This document shows, one piece after another, positions 47,914 through 57,222 of a DNA stretch of 64,000 nt. The stretch spans positions 161,165-225,164 of the forward strand of contig DATGIB010000001.1 in the NCBI GenBank assembly GCA_035307485.1, written 5' to 3'. How positions within the stretch are numbered: the stretch's first letter is position 1; every line of letters starts with the position of its first letter. The translations under genes were made by a program, and so were the position numbers. Below the pieces are notes generated by a model. It did no database searches. It saw only the letters and a program-made list of their open reading frames with translations, and was not told the DNA's origin. Source of the DNA: Candidatus Sulfotelmatobacter sp. GTDB taxonomy: Bacteria > Acidobacteriota > Terriglobia > Terriglobales > Acidobacteriaceae.

Positions 47914-47988
47914 GGGCGCTTAACTCAGCGGTAGAGTGCCATCTTCACACGGTGGAAGTCATAGGTTCGAATCCTATAGCGCCCACCA
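47914..47988 (+). tRNA. tRNA-Val (anticodon CAC), CCA encoded
   Basis: GGGCGCT-TA-ACTC-AGCGGTA-GAGT-G-CCATC-TTCACAC-GGTGG-AAGTC-ATAGG-TTCGAAT-CCTAT-AGCGCCC-A-CCA. Canonical cloverleaf. Confidence 0.95.
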
Positions 47989-48243
47989 TCTTCTCGATAC
48001 CTTACGAATCGCTATCGGATCATACTCCTTATTTTCAATAGTTTAAGGACGTGTGGTCCGCCCGGCGATCCGATAGCGAACACGTCTTCCAGCACTCTGC
48101 TAAGGAGCACCATTTCGCATCCAGAGACCGAACCGATTGTTCTCGCCAACTGAGCTTTCGCTGCCAGAAGTCAGTAAATAGAGGGCGACATTTGAGCACC
48201 TATTCCGGTTCGGGGATCTTGCCAGGTATCGCAGCGCAGTCGC

Positions 48244-48864
48244 TTACAGTGATTTGGAGCGCTTCGCTGCGGACCCACTTCGCCAGCCTCCAAGTTCTAG
48301 CGCCACGAACATACATCCTTCTCGCAATTCATCGGCAGCATTACGGTTTGCCATTGCGCGAGCCACCACCATTCCTCCGACACACAGAGCGGCTATAGCC
48401 TGCGCTCTAACCCGTCGATGACGACGATCGGCCATCGTACTGCGTTCCAAGACATCCACCATTGCATTGAACACAGTTTCAAAGGCCGCTTTTGCCCTTT
48501 CGCCGCTGCGAGAGACGTCAGTCGGCAATGCGACCATCGGACAAGAGTTTTCTACGTCTTCGAAATGCTGGCGGGAAAGGTAGGCTCGGACCACCTGAGG
48601 CCCGACATCACTTGAAGACAGGTCCACCTCGATGCCTTCCCAGCAGTTCTTCCATTCTGGATCCGTGAAGAAACAACCTAAAACCTCCGCGTATAGATCG
48701 CTCTTGCTCTTAAAGTAGCTATAGAAACCTCCACGCGTAAGGCCCGCGCCGGACATGATCTGATCGAGAGTGACACGCTCGAAGCCGTGCAAGTTGAAGA
48801 GCCCGCGTGCGCTGTGAATGATCTTTCTTCTAACTTCAGCGCTATGGCCAGCCGGATAAGGCAT
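48244..48864 (-). CDS. TetR/AcrR-family transcriptional regulator
   Basis: N-terminal HTH RKIIHSARGLFNLHGFERVTLDQIMSGAGLTRGGFYSYFKSKSDLY. Confidence 0.9.
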   Translation of the reverse strand: MPYPAGHSAEVRRKIIHSARGLFNLHGFERVTLDQIMSGAGLTRGGFYSYFKSKSDLYAEVLGCFFTDPEWKNCWEGIEVDLSSSDVGPQVVRAYLSRQHFEDVENSCPMVALPTDVSRSGERAKAAFETVFNAMVDVLERSTMADRRHRRVRAQAIAALCVGGMVVARAMANRNAADELREGCMFVALELGGWRSGSAAKRSKSL

Positions 48865-48996
48865 AAAGCCTCCTGTGTGCGATACACCGAACTATTCATG
48901 TGGCGCTCGTGGCGCGTCAAGCAAAACATGTTCTTGAACATATTTTAGATACATGTTCAGATGCACCGGGAATTAGGTCTGTTTCAGGAGCGCACA

Positions 48997-49545
48997 ATGG
49001 TAAGGATGGAAAACGATTCTTGGCCCGGGGTTTCTACGCGCCGGCAGGTTTTTACTGGAATTGGGGTTGGTGTCTGCGGATTGCTCGCAGGCTTAAGGGT
49101 CTTCGGGCAGCCCGCAATGCAGGCCATGGAGAAAATCCCGAGCGCCGCAGCAAACCAGAAACGGACCTCGATTCACGAGGAAATCGACTTAAAGGCCACC
49201 CCAAAGCGAATCTATGAATTGCTTGTCGATTCAAAAGGGTTCGCTGCGCTGACAGGTGCGCCTGCCATGATCGATTCAAGCCCTGGAGGCGCATTTTCGA
49301 TGTTTGGCGGTCTCATTGTCGGGCGAAATATAGAAATGATCCCGGACCAGAGAGTCGTGCAGGCTTGGCGTCCCACTCATTGGGACGCTGGCGTCTACTC
49401 GATTGTCAAATTTGAACTGAGACCGAACGGCCCTTCAACGACTGTTGTTCTGGACCATACAGGCTTCCCGGAAGGCGAGTTTGATCATCTGGAGTTCGGA
49501 TGGCACAGCCACTATTGGGAACCACTCACAAAGTATTTCGCCTAG
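48997..49545 (+). CDS. SRPBCC (AHSA1/START-like) protein with twin-arginine signal
   Basis: STRRQVFTGIGVGVCGLLAG Tat-type signal and an AHSA1-like body (IYELLVDSKGFAALTG...WRPTHWDAGVYSIVKFEL). GGAG lies 6 nt upstream of ATG 48997. Confidence 0.75.
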   Translation: MVRMENDSWPGVSTRRQVFTGIGVGVCGLLAGLRVFGQPAMQAMEKIPSAAANQKRTSIHEEIDLKATPKRIYELLVDSKGFAALTGAPAMIDSSPGGAFSMFGGLIVGRNIEMIPDQRVVQAWRPTHWDAGVYSIVKFELRPNGPSTTVVLDHTGFPEGEFDHLEFGWHSHYWEPLTKYFA

Positions 49546-49690
49546 TCTCCTGGTGGCCTCCTGTGCCTGGTAGTCAGCACTGGTGGTCCGCAAACCTCGA
49601 TCATCGGTGACATCCTTGTTGGGCGATTGTGGTTTCATATCCCTGCTGCACACGGATGCGCAATCCGGACTTCCGGCGAAAGAGGAACAG

Positions 49691-50041
49691 ATGATTTCAG
49701 GCGCGCATGTAGTTCTTTACAGCAAAGACGCCGAGGCGGACCGCGCCTTTCTTCGCGACGTCCTGGCGTTAAAGTTCGTGGACGCGGGGCACGGCTGGCT
49801 CATTTTTGCCTTGCCCCCGGCCGAGATCGCTGTCCACCCCGCTGACCAGATCGGAACCCAGGAACTCTATTTCATGTGCGACGACTTAAAGGCCGAGATG
49901 GATTCCCTGGCACAACGGGGAGTTAACTGCTCCAATATTCACGAGGCGCGGTGGGGTTCCATCACCAGCATCCCGCTTCCCGGCGGAGGCAGTGTCGGTC
50001 TCTATCAGCCGAAACACCCCACAGCGTTAGGCTTGAAGTGA
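49691..50041 (+). CDS. VOC (glyoxalase/bleomycin-resistance) family protein
   Basis: 116 aa from ATG 49691, which is preceded by AGAGGA. MISGAHVVLYSKDAEADRAFLRDVL...HPADQ...ELYFMCDD is a typical single VOC module. Confidence 0.75.
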   Translation: MISGAHVVLYSKDAEADRAFLRDVLALKFVDAGHGWLIFALPPAEIAVHPADQIGTQELYFMCDDLKAEMDSLAQRGVNCSNIHEARWGSITSIPLPGGGSVGLYQPKHPTALGLK

Positions 50042-50113
50042 AATGCCTTTCCACTGAATCATCCGCTAGGGAAACGCTACAAAAATCCGATCACTCGGGC
50101 GAGTCCGCCTCAA

Positions 50114-50503
50114 TTGACAAAAGCTGCCGGTGATTCTCGCGTGGGAGGAAAATTTCTCTGGTGCATGAGAACGCAGGATGGGCAGGAGGGCTGGAATGCT
50201 GGTGAATACCACGAGATTGTTCTGCACGAGAAGATCGTTTTCTTCATATACTTTTCCGACCCGCAGCGAAACAAGGTTGGGGTTGCAGAATACGGAGTTA
50301 AACATGAGGCCATAGACGATGCGGAGAACGTGGTTATTTTTGAGGATTTTGGAAACGGCCAGACTAAACTCACGTTTATTGGAAATGAAACCATGGAGAA
50401 CGCAAAAACAGCGGGTAAGCAGAGTGCTGGAATGAGCAACCCGATAAAGTTGCCGCAGTTGTTGCGGGGCTTGCGCAGGCGAAATAAGAAGCTGCAGCTT
50501 TGA
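50114..50503 (+). pseudogene. SRPBCC/AHSA1-family gene remnant lacking its N-terminal third
   Basis: Begins at RVGGKFLWCMRTQDGQEGWNAGEYHEIVLHEKIVF, which normally lies ~50 aa into AHSA1-like proteins. The upstream in-frame sequence runs straight into the VOC gene stop. The C-terminus is also atypical. Confidence 0.45.
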
Positions 50504-50542
50504 TTCGCGACACTCGACCGTGGAGAAAGAGTGGAGAAAGAA

Positions 50543-51103
50543 ATGAAAAGAATATCGTTTCTCGCTATCGTCCTGCTAGCATTCGCACTTCCCGCTCATG
50601 CCCAGGACGCGATGAAGAAGGATACAGCCGTCAAACCTGCCGATCCGGAATTGAAAGTCGTGCTCGATTCCTGGAATGAGATTGGCCACAAGCTGACGGT
50701 GATGGCCGAAGATTTTCCCGAGGACAAATATGACTTCAAGCCGACACCGGCGCAGCGCAGTTTCGCAGAGCAATTGCTGCATGCCGCAGGCTCAATGTAT
50801 TACTTCACCAATCCTGTAATGGGTCAGAAGCCTCCCGCGGCAGAAGACCCGAAGCGCGACCAGTACAAAACAAAGGCCGATATCGTCGCATTCGTAAAGA
50901 AATCCGTTGCCGATGGAGCCGCTGCCATTCAGTCAAAGGGCGAGAAAGGCCTGATGCAGACGGTCGTATACGGTGATCAGAAGGCGCGCGTTCTCGACAT
51001 CGCATACGGCCTTATCGAACATAGCGGTGAACACTACGGCCAGCTCGTTGTGTACTACCGCCTCGCAGGTCTTGTGCCGCCGGAGTCGCGGCCCAAGAAG
51101 TAA
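50543..51103 (+). CDS. DinB-family protein, secreted
   Basis: Signal peptide MKRISFLAIVLLAFALPAHA. DinB motifs FAEQLLHAAG and LIEHSGEHYGQLVVYYR. Confidence 0.8.
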   Translation: MKRISFLAIVLLAFALPAHAQDAMKKDTAVKPADPELKVVLDSWNEIGHKLTVMAEDFPEDKYDFKPTPAQRSFAEQLLHAAGSMYYFTNPVMGQKPPAAEDPKRDQYKTKADIVAFVKKSVADGAAAIQSKGEKGLMQTVVYGDQKARVLDIAYGLIEHSGEHYGQLVVYYRLAGLVPPESRPKK

Positions 51104-51120
51104 AGCTCAAGAGACCAGTT

Positions 51121-51172
51121 CCCCGTCCTTATCGCGCGCCATTTGCGCGAATGGGCGGGGATTTTGTTTTTT
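51121..51172 (+). terminator. rho-independent terminator after dinB-like gene
   Basis: CCCCGTCC...TCGCGC-GCCATTT-GCGCGA...GGGCGGGG extended hairpin followed by ATTTTGTTTTTT. Confidence 0.65.
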
Positions 51173-51798
51173 GGGACCCTTAGTATTCAATGTGCCGCTC
51201 GGCATATGGATATCTCTGCTTTGGTTCCGCTGCAAGATTTTGGCATCGGTCCGCCGCGCAGCCCGCCAGCAGCGGTTCGTTGAGCGTCAAACAGAGCACT
51301 TCCCAGCGCGAGCGTAGCCAGAAACACGCCTGTGATGCGGCGGAGGTCACCATCGCACTGAAAGTGTGGATGTGATAACAAGCATCGGGTCATGTGATCT
51401 CAAACAACAGGGAGCAGGCGTCTCAACCGTCTCCTTCTCACGAGTCAAAATGCGGGGCGCCGATCAAGCAAAGCCTTCAATCCTTGAACGTAAGCAAGAC
51501 GATAGAGCGATTTGTCTCGCGTATGCGTGCCTCGGCCTCGGTAGGATCCGCTATATTTTCTTTACAAAGTCGTGTGATTTCAGTCACAGGGCGCTGTGAT
51601 CAGCAGCCCGGCGCATTTTAGATCAATCTCGATACCATCCACCCATCTGGAACGCGACTAGAGGGTACTAACCTCAACAGGGCCCACTTTAGGAGTGCAT
51701 TGCATGCGCTTCTGAAGTTCCACACTCGTGCCCGTCGCGAACCACCAAGAGCTTACATAGGAGCAGCATCAGATATGCCGCAACGAACTGATGGCACC

Positions 51799-53199
51799 AT
51801 GAAGAGGATCGCCCTTTTGTTACCGACAATTGTTGGAACCTTTTGCGTACTGTTCTTCGCCGCGGTGTATCCGCCCCAAGCTGAGGCGGTTCCAAGCTAT
51901 GCGCGGCAGACGGGGTTGCCGTGCAGTGGCTGCCACTACACTCCTCCGGAATTGAATCCGGCGGGGCGCAGATTCAAACTGACTGGCTACGTCGATCGCG
52001 GAGACGACACCAAGACTGTAAAAGCTGACGACGGCAAGAAGCGCGCCGCCCTCGATCTGCTCGCGTCACTGCCCTTGTCCGTCATGGTGGAGACTTCCTT
52101 CACCTCGCTCAAGACTGCGCAGCCGCAAACCCAGAATGGCAATTTCGAGTTTCCTCAGGATTTTTCGTTGTTCCTTTCGGGCGCATGGACGAGCAAAGTG
52201 GGCAGTTTTCTGCAAGTGACGTACGACACCCAGGACGACCACTTCACCAGCGACAACACGGATATCCGGTTCGCGGACAAGACGAAGCTGGGGGGCAAGG
52301 AACTGGTTTACGGCATCGATCTTAATAACAATCCCACCGTGGAGGATCTTTGGAACAGCACTCCGGCTTGGGGCTACCCGTGGATTGCAAGCGACAACGC
52401 TCCTACCCCCAACGCTAGTCCTTTCATCAACGGTGGCTTGGCCCAGGACGTAGCGGGACTCGGCGTATTTGGGATGTGGAACAACCATCTCTACCTTGAC
52501 GCTGCCATCTATCGCTCAGAACACGTGGGCGGACCGCAGCCGAACCCCGGGGTGGGCGCGGGCTTCAATATCCGCGGCGTCGCTCCGTACTGGCGCCTGG
52601 CGTGGCAGGAGTTAACAGGAAAGACGCAGTATGAAATCGGAACCTATGGCATGCACCTGCGTTCGACCCCCAATGAAATCACCGATCCCACCGGAGCCAG
52701 CATTCCTACGGATTCGTACACGGACTGGGCAATCGACACCCAAATCGACCGCACCATCGTCAGAACGGACGTGCTTTCATTCCGGGCTACGTACATCCGG
52801 GAAAACAATGATCTGCTGAGCCTGCTGTTTCAGAACGGGCCATTGAGTCCGACTCCGCTGGTGTCGCAAGGTTCACACCATTTGAACACCGTCATGGCCA
52901 ATGCCGAATATCACATCGGCAACAAGTACACGGGAACGGCCGGCTGGTTCAATACGACCGGCACATCCGATCTCAACTTTTATCCCTCGGGGACGGCGGT
53001 GACCGGTAATTTCAATGGCGACCCGCACAGTACTGGATACATTCTGAACCTGTCCTACTGGCCGTGGCAGAACCTGCAACTCGCGGCGCAATACACCGGC
53101 TATACGCGCTTCAATGGCGCTGCGATGAACTACGACGGGTTAGGCCGCAATGCAAGCTCAAACAATACGTTCTATCTGGACGCCAGGATCTTTTTCTAA
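51799..53199 (+). CDS. Cyc2/Cyt572-like fused monohaem cytochrome c - outer-membrane beta-barrel (porin-cytochrome)
   Basis: Signal peptide MKRIALLLPTIVGTFCVLFFAAVYPPQAEA. A single CxxCH (YARQTGLPCSGCHYTPPELNP) within ~15 aa of the mature N-terminus. About 420 aa of alternating beta-strand-like sequence, ending FYLDARIFF (terminal Phe beta-signal). Confidence 0.6.
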   Translation: MKRIALLLPTIVGTFCVLFFAAVYPPQAEAVPSYARQTGLPCSGCHYTPPELNPAGRRFKLTGYVDRGDDTKTVKADDGKKRAALDLLASLPLSVMVETSFTSLKTAQPQTQNGNFEFPQDFSLFLSGAWTSKVGSFLQVTYDTQDDHFTSDNTDIRFADKTKLGGKELVYGIDLNNNPTVEDLWNSTPAWGYPWIASDNAPTPNASPFINGGLAQDVAGLGVFGMWNNHLYLDAAIYRSEHVGGPQPNPGVGAGFNIRGVAPYWRLAWQELTGKTQYEIGTYGMHLRSTPNEITDPTGASIPTDSYTDWAIDTQIDRTIVRTDVLSFRATYIRENNDLLSLLFQNGPLSPTPLVSQGSHHLNTVMANAEYHIGNKYTGTAGWFNTTGTSDLNFYPSGTAVTGNFNGDPHSTGYILNLSYWPWQNLQLAAQYTGYTRFNGAAMNYDGLGRNASSNNTFYLDARIFF

Positions 53200-53267
53200 A
53201 GTTAGGTTTCGTTTGTCCTGACAGCAAGCCAACCTTGGTTTGAAACGATTTCAAGGAGAAGAGAACA

Positions 53268-53861
53268 ATGAAAAGCAAGTTCGCAACCAAGACATTCGCT
53301 GTCGTCGCGCTGATCGGTGGACTGTGCGCGGCGGCCTGGGCAGGTGATATCGAGGGCAGAGTCACTGGGATGAAAGGAAAGTCGGTTGTGTACGTTGACA
53401 CGATCGCGGGAAAGACATTCCCGGCACCCAAAGATCATCCGGTTATCGATCAGAAAGGATTGATGTTCAATCCGCACATTGTCGTCGTGCAACAAGGTAC
53501 GACAGTGGATTTCCTGAATAGCGACAACGTCGCCCACAACGTTTTCTGGACGGCGGTGGGCAGCGACAAAAAAGCTGGACACAATCTCGGCACGTGGCCG
53601 AAGGGCGAGAAGCGTTCCTTCACTTTCGATAAGCCAGGGGCAGTGCCACTACTCTGCAACGTTCATCCCGAAATGGCAGGCTACCTGATCGTCAGTCCGA
53701 CGCCATATTTCGCCGAAAGCGACGACAGCGGCAACTACAAGATCAAAGACGTCCCCGACGGCAGCTACTCCCTGGTGGTGTGGCATGAAGGCGCGAAGAG
53801 TCAGTCGAAGGCAATCACGGTTGCCGGCGGTGGCAAGGCTGATTTCACGCTAACAAAGTAA
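53268..53861 (+). CDS. periplasmic type-1 copper (cupredoxin) protein with amicyanin-like ligand spacing, embedded in a CarboxypepD_reg-like beta-sandwich
   Basis: Signal peptide. FNPHIVVVQQGTTVDFLNSDNVAHNV (His ligand) and LLCNVHPEM (C-x2-H-x2-M). The flanking GDIEGRVTG...VVYVD and DDSGNYKIKDVPDGSYSLVVWHEG resemble carboxypeptidase-regulatory-like strands. Confidence 0.7.
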   Translation: MKSKFATKTFAVVALIGGLCAAAWAGDIEGRVTGMKGKSVVYVDTIAGKTFPAPKDHPVIDQKGLMFNPHIVVVQQGTTVDFLNSDNVAHNVFWTAVGSDKKAGHNLGTWPKGEKRSFTFDKPGAVPLLCNVHPEMAGYLIVSPTPYFAESDDSGNYKIKDVPDGSYSLVVWHEGAKSQSKAITVAGGGKADFTLTK

Positions 53862-53971
53862 TCCCTGTTGCCGGGTAGCGGGCGAGGGAGCGGCACGCTT
53901 GGGGCGCCGCTCCCTGGTTCGTAAGGCGCTTTCCGAATGACGTTCAGAGGTACGGCTTTCAGGCAGCCACC

Positions 53972-55927
53972 ATGCTGAAGCGATTCAAAAACAAAAAGGT
54001 TGATGGGGATTGGCTACACACAAACTTTCCCTGCATGATGGCATGCCCGGCCCACACGAATGCCGGTCGCTACGTCGGCCTGATTGCCGAAGGACGTTTT
54101 GAAGAAGCCTACCGGCTGGCGCGCGATCCAAATCCTCTGGCCAGCATCTGCGGAAGAGTTTGTGCGCATCCTTGCGAGACCGCCTGCCGTCGTGGCGAAA
54201 TCGATAAGCCGATCTCGATCCGCGCCCTGAAGAGATTTCTCACCGAGCAATACGGCCCCGAATCGAAGCGACCGATCAACGTCAATGAAGGACGCGGCCA
54301 AAAGAAAATCCCTTTCAAGATCGCAGTGGTTGGAGGAGGTCCGGTTGGGCTTTCGGCAGCCCATGACTTGGCCTTAGCGGGCTATGCTGTCACGATTTTC
54401 GAAGCGGCGCCTGTTGCTGGCGGAATGTTGTACCTCGGAATTCCGGAATACAGACTGCCTCGTGATGTTGTCGAAGCACAGGTTCGCGAAATTCTCGAGA
54501 CGGGCGACATCACGCTAAAGCTGAATCACGCAGCCGGACGTGACTTCACAATATCCGAACTTCGGCAGCAGGGATTCGATGCCGTGCTCATCGCGGTAGG
54601 CGCCCACCGCAGCCGCGATCTCAGCATCCCCGGTGTCGATCTTGATGGTGTGCACAAGGGCATCGACTTCCTGCTTAACGTCAACCTTGGTTACAAGTTC
54701 ACGATCGGAAAGAAAGTGATCGTGATTGGTGGCGGAAACGTCGCCATGGACGTTGCCCGATCCGCGGCCCGTGAAGTCGTGCGCCAGCATGCCGGCGGCG
54801 TCGAGGACGTCGAACCCTCCGCTGAAAATGTCTCAGCGGTTGCGACCAAAGAGATGGTCGACATCTCGCTCTCCGCGCTGCGCATGGGCGCACGCGAAGT
54901 GAACCTCGTTTGCCTGGAGCGCCGCAACGAAATGCCAGCCGCTCTGGAGGAAATCGAGGAGGCCGAAGAAGAAGGCATCGTCATTCATCCCGGATTCGGA
55001 CCGAAGCGAGTCATCGGAAAGGACGGAAAGGTTACAGCTCTCGAAACGCTCAAAACGAAATGGGTTTTTGATGAGAATCGTCGCTTCAATCCGGCGTTCT
55101 ATGAGAACAGCGAGACCCAGATCGAGTGCGACACCATCATCATGGCGGTTGGCCAGGCGCCGCGCCTCGACTTCTTGACCCCCGAAGACAAAGTAGATAT
55201 TTCCCCTCGTGGACTGATTGCGGTCAATCCACAGACGCTAATGACCTCGGCGCCCGGCATCTTTGCCGGCGGCGACTGTGTGTTTGGGCCCCGCTTGATT
55301 ATCGATAGTGTTGGCGACGGCAAACGCGCAGCCGTAGGGATTGACGAGTACTTGCGCGGTGGCAAGCATCCGGAACCGGTCATCGAAGTCGAACTACTCG
55401 AACGACACTCCCTGCCACTCGGGTACCTCGATCTCAACCGTCAACCGGTTCCGATGCTGCCTCTTGAACGCCGCACCGGCGTGACGGAAGTGGAAGTTGG
55501 CTACGATGCCGCGTCGGCAATGGCCGAAGCGCAACGTTGCCTTCATTGCTGGGTCAACACCATCTTTGAGGGAACTCCGGAAGATGGCAGCTCGTGCATC
55601 CTCTGCGGTGGATGTGTGGATGTTTGTCCGGAGAAGTGCCTGGAACTCGTTTCGCTCGATCGCATCTCGTTTGAAACAGACACGATTCAGCACATCCGCG
55701 ACAACCAGGAATGCTTCGGCGTCGAGTTCGACGAAGTGAAACCGGACGAACTCGGGATGGTAACGGGTGCGGCTATGTTGAAAGATGAGACTCGGTGCAT
55801 TCGATGTGGTCTCTGCGCGATGCGCTGTCCGGTGAGCACCATCACGATGGAATCGTACAACCTTCTCCCTGCGGAGCCGACTGGTTTGATCTCGATCGCA
55901 GCGATCGGGGCAGGCTTGCAGAAGTAA
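53972..55927 (+). CDS. GltD-like NAD(P)H-dependent flavin/FeS oxidoreductase with C-terminal 2x[4Fe-4S] ferredoxin domain (cytoplasmic)
   Basis: N-terminal Cys clusters (CMMACPAHTN, CGRVCAHPCETACRRG). Two dinucleotide folds (VVGGGPVGLSAAHDLA, VIGGGNVAMDVARSA). C-terminal CILCGGCVDVCP and CIRCGLCAMRCP. No signal peptide or TM segment. Confidence 0.85.
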   Translation: MLKRFKNKKVDGDWLHTNFPCMMACPAHTNAGRYVGLIAEGRFEEAYRLARDPNPLASICGRVCAHPCETACRRGEIDKPISIRALKRFLTEQYGPESKRPINVNEGRGQKKIPFKIAVVGGGPVGLSAAHDLALAGYAVTIFEAAPVAGGMLYLGIPEYRLPRDVVEAQVREILETGDITLKLNHAAGRDFTISELRQQGFDAVLIAVGAHRSRDLSIPGVDLDGVHKGIDFLLNVNLGYKFTIGKKVIVIGGGNVAMDVARSAAREVVRQHAGGVEDVEPSAENVSAVATKEMVDISLSALRMGAREVNLVCLERRNEMPAALEEIEEAEEEGIVIHPGFGPKRVIGKDGKVTALETLKTKWVFDENRRFNPAFYENSETQIECDTIIMAVGQAPRLDFLTPEDKVDISPRGLIAVNPQTLMTSAPGIFAGGDCVFGPRLIIDSVGDGKRAAVGIDEYLRGGKHPEPVIEVELLERHSLPLGYLDLNRQPVPMLPLERRTGVTEVEVGYDAASAMAEAQRCLHCWVNTIFEGTPEDGSSCILCGGCVDVCPEKCLELVSLDRISFETDTIQHIRDNQECFGVEFDEVKPDELGMVTGAAMLKDETRCIRCGLCAMRCPVSTITMESYNLLPAEPTGLISIAAIGAGLQK

Positions 55928-55938
55928 TAAGAGAAACT

Positions 55939-56430
55939 ATGGCGGAAGAAAAAAAAGGTACTTTAAGCGACGAGTTAAATCGGCGGCAGTTTTTCACCAA
56001 ACTTGGTTTGGGGTCTTTGAGCATTGCTGCGGTTGGCACCGCGGCCTTCTCCTATCAGTATCTCGAGCCGAACGTATTGTATGAGCCTTCGCCAATCGTG
56101 AATGCGGGAAAGCCGGATCGCTATCCTCTCGACTCCGTCACTCTCGATCTCAACAACGGAATCTACATCATTCACTCTTCGGAAGGGTATTTCTCCCTAA
56201 GCGCAGTTTGTACTCACCTGGGCTGCTTGACGGCGTGGAAGCAGGAACTGGGCATCATCGCCTGTCCCTGCCACGGCAGCAAATTCGAGACGAGCGGGAA
56301 AAAGATCGAAGGACCGGCGCCCAAGCCGCTTCCGTGGAAGCGCGTCTGGATTAACGACGACGGTGATCTCCTCGTTGATCGTTCAACAGACGTTCCGGCT
56401 CTGGCACGCGATTCATTTGTGAGGGTCTGA
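55939..56430 (+). CDS. Rieske [2Fe-2S] subunit with Tat signal
   Basis: [19 protein letters not shown] Tat signal/anchor. CTHLGC and CPCHGS cluster-binding boxes. ATG 55939 lies 11 nt after the previous stop. Confidence 0.9.
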   Translation: MAEEKKGTLSDELNRRQFFTKLGLGSLSIAAVGTAAFSYQYLEPNVLYEPSPIVNAGKPDRYPLDSVTLDLNNGIYIIHSSEGYFSLSAVCTHLGCLTAWKQELGIIACPCHGSKFETSGKKIEGPAPKPLPWKRVWINDDGDLLVDRSTDVPALARDSFVRV

Positions 56431-56431
56431 T

Positions 56432-57220
56432 ATGGCAAAAACTGTAGACCAATATTTCGATGACCTTCAGCAGACTCGGGTGTGGCGCTCAATCTTCCGC
56501 AGCGGCACCGGATCGAGCACCCTGAAGCGCGCGCTGGCCATTCAGCAGAACGTTTTCTTGCACCTGTTCTCGACCAAGGTCCGCGTACGCATGTTGAGCT
56601 TCAGCGCGACCTGGTATCTCGGCACTTTGACGCTCGGCACGTTTCTGATCCTCGTCACAACTGGAATTCCCCTGATGCTTTACTACCATCCTTCCGTGCC
56701 GCAGGCCTATGCGGATACCAAAGACCTGCAGTTTGTGGTCTCGTCCGGTATGTTCCTCCGCAATCTGCACCGCTGGTCCGCACACGCAATGGTCTTCCTG
56801 GTCTTCGCGCACATGTTCAAAGTCTTCTACCGTGGAGCCTACCGCACACCGCGTGAATTCAACTGGGTCATCGGGGTCGTTCTCCTTCTTATTACGCTGT
56901 TGCTCAGCTATACGGGATACCTGCTCCCGTGGGATCAGCTGGCGTATTGGGCGATCACGGTCGGATCGAACATCGCCTCCGCAGTTCCCCTCATCGGCGA
57001 CAAGATTCACTTCCTCCTCCTGGGTGGACACGCGGTAAACGCGAATGCTCTGCTTCGCTTCTACGTTCTGCACTGCATGATCCTGCCACTTACCGCGATG
57101 TTTTTCGTCGCAATTCACTTCTGGCGAATCCGCAAAGACGGCGGCCTCTATAACCACGACTGCGAGCCGGCAGCGGTTCGCTACAGGAATGGCGGCCCCG
57201 CCCCAAAGGAGACGAATTAG
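56432..57220 (+). CDS. cytochrome b, N-terminal (b6-like) subunit
   Basis: Four-helix core with haem His pairs ([20 protein letters not shown] and [23 protein letters not shown]). Starts 1 nt after the Rieske stop. Confidence 0.9.
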   Translation: MAKTVDQYFDDLQQTRVWRSIFRSGTGSSTLKRALAIQQNVFLHLFSTKVRVRMLSFSATWYLGTLTLGTFLILVTTGIPLMLYYHPSVPQAYADTKDLQFVVSSGMFLRNLHRWSAHAMVFLVFAHMFKVFYRGAYRTPREFNWVIGVVLLLITLLLSYTGYLLPWDQLAYWAITVGSNIASAVPLIGDKIHFLLLGGHAVNANALLRFYVLHCMILPLTAMFFVAIHFWRIRKDGGLYNHDCEPAAVRYRNGGPAPKETN

Positions 57221-57222
57221 CC

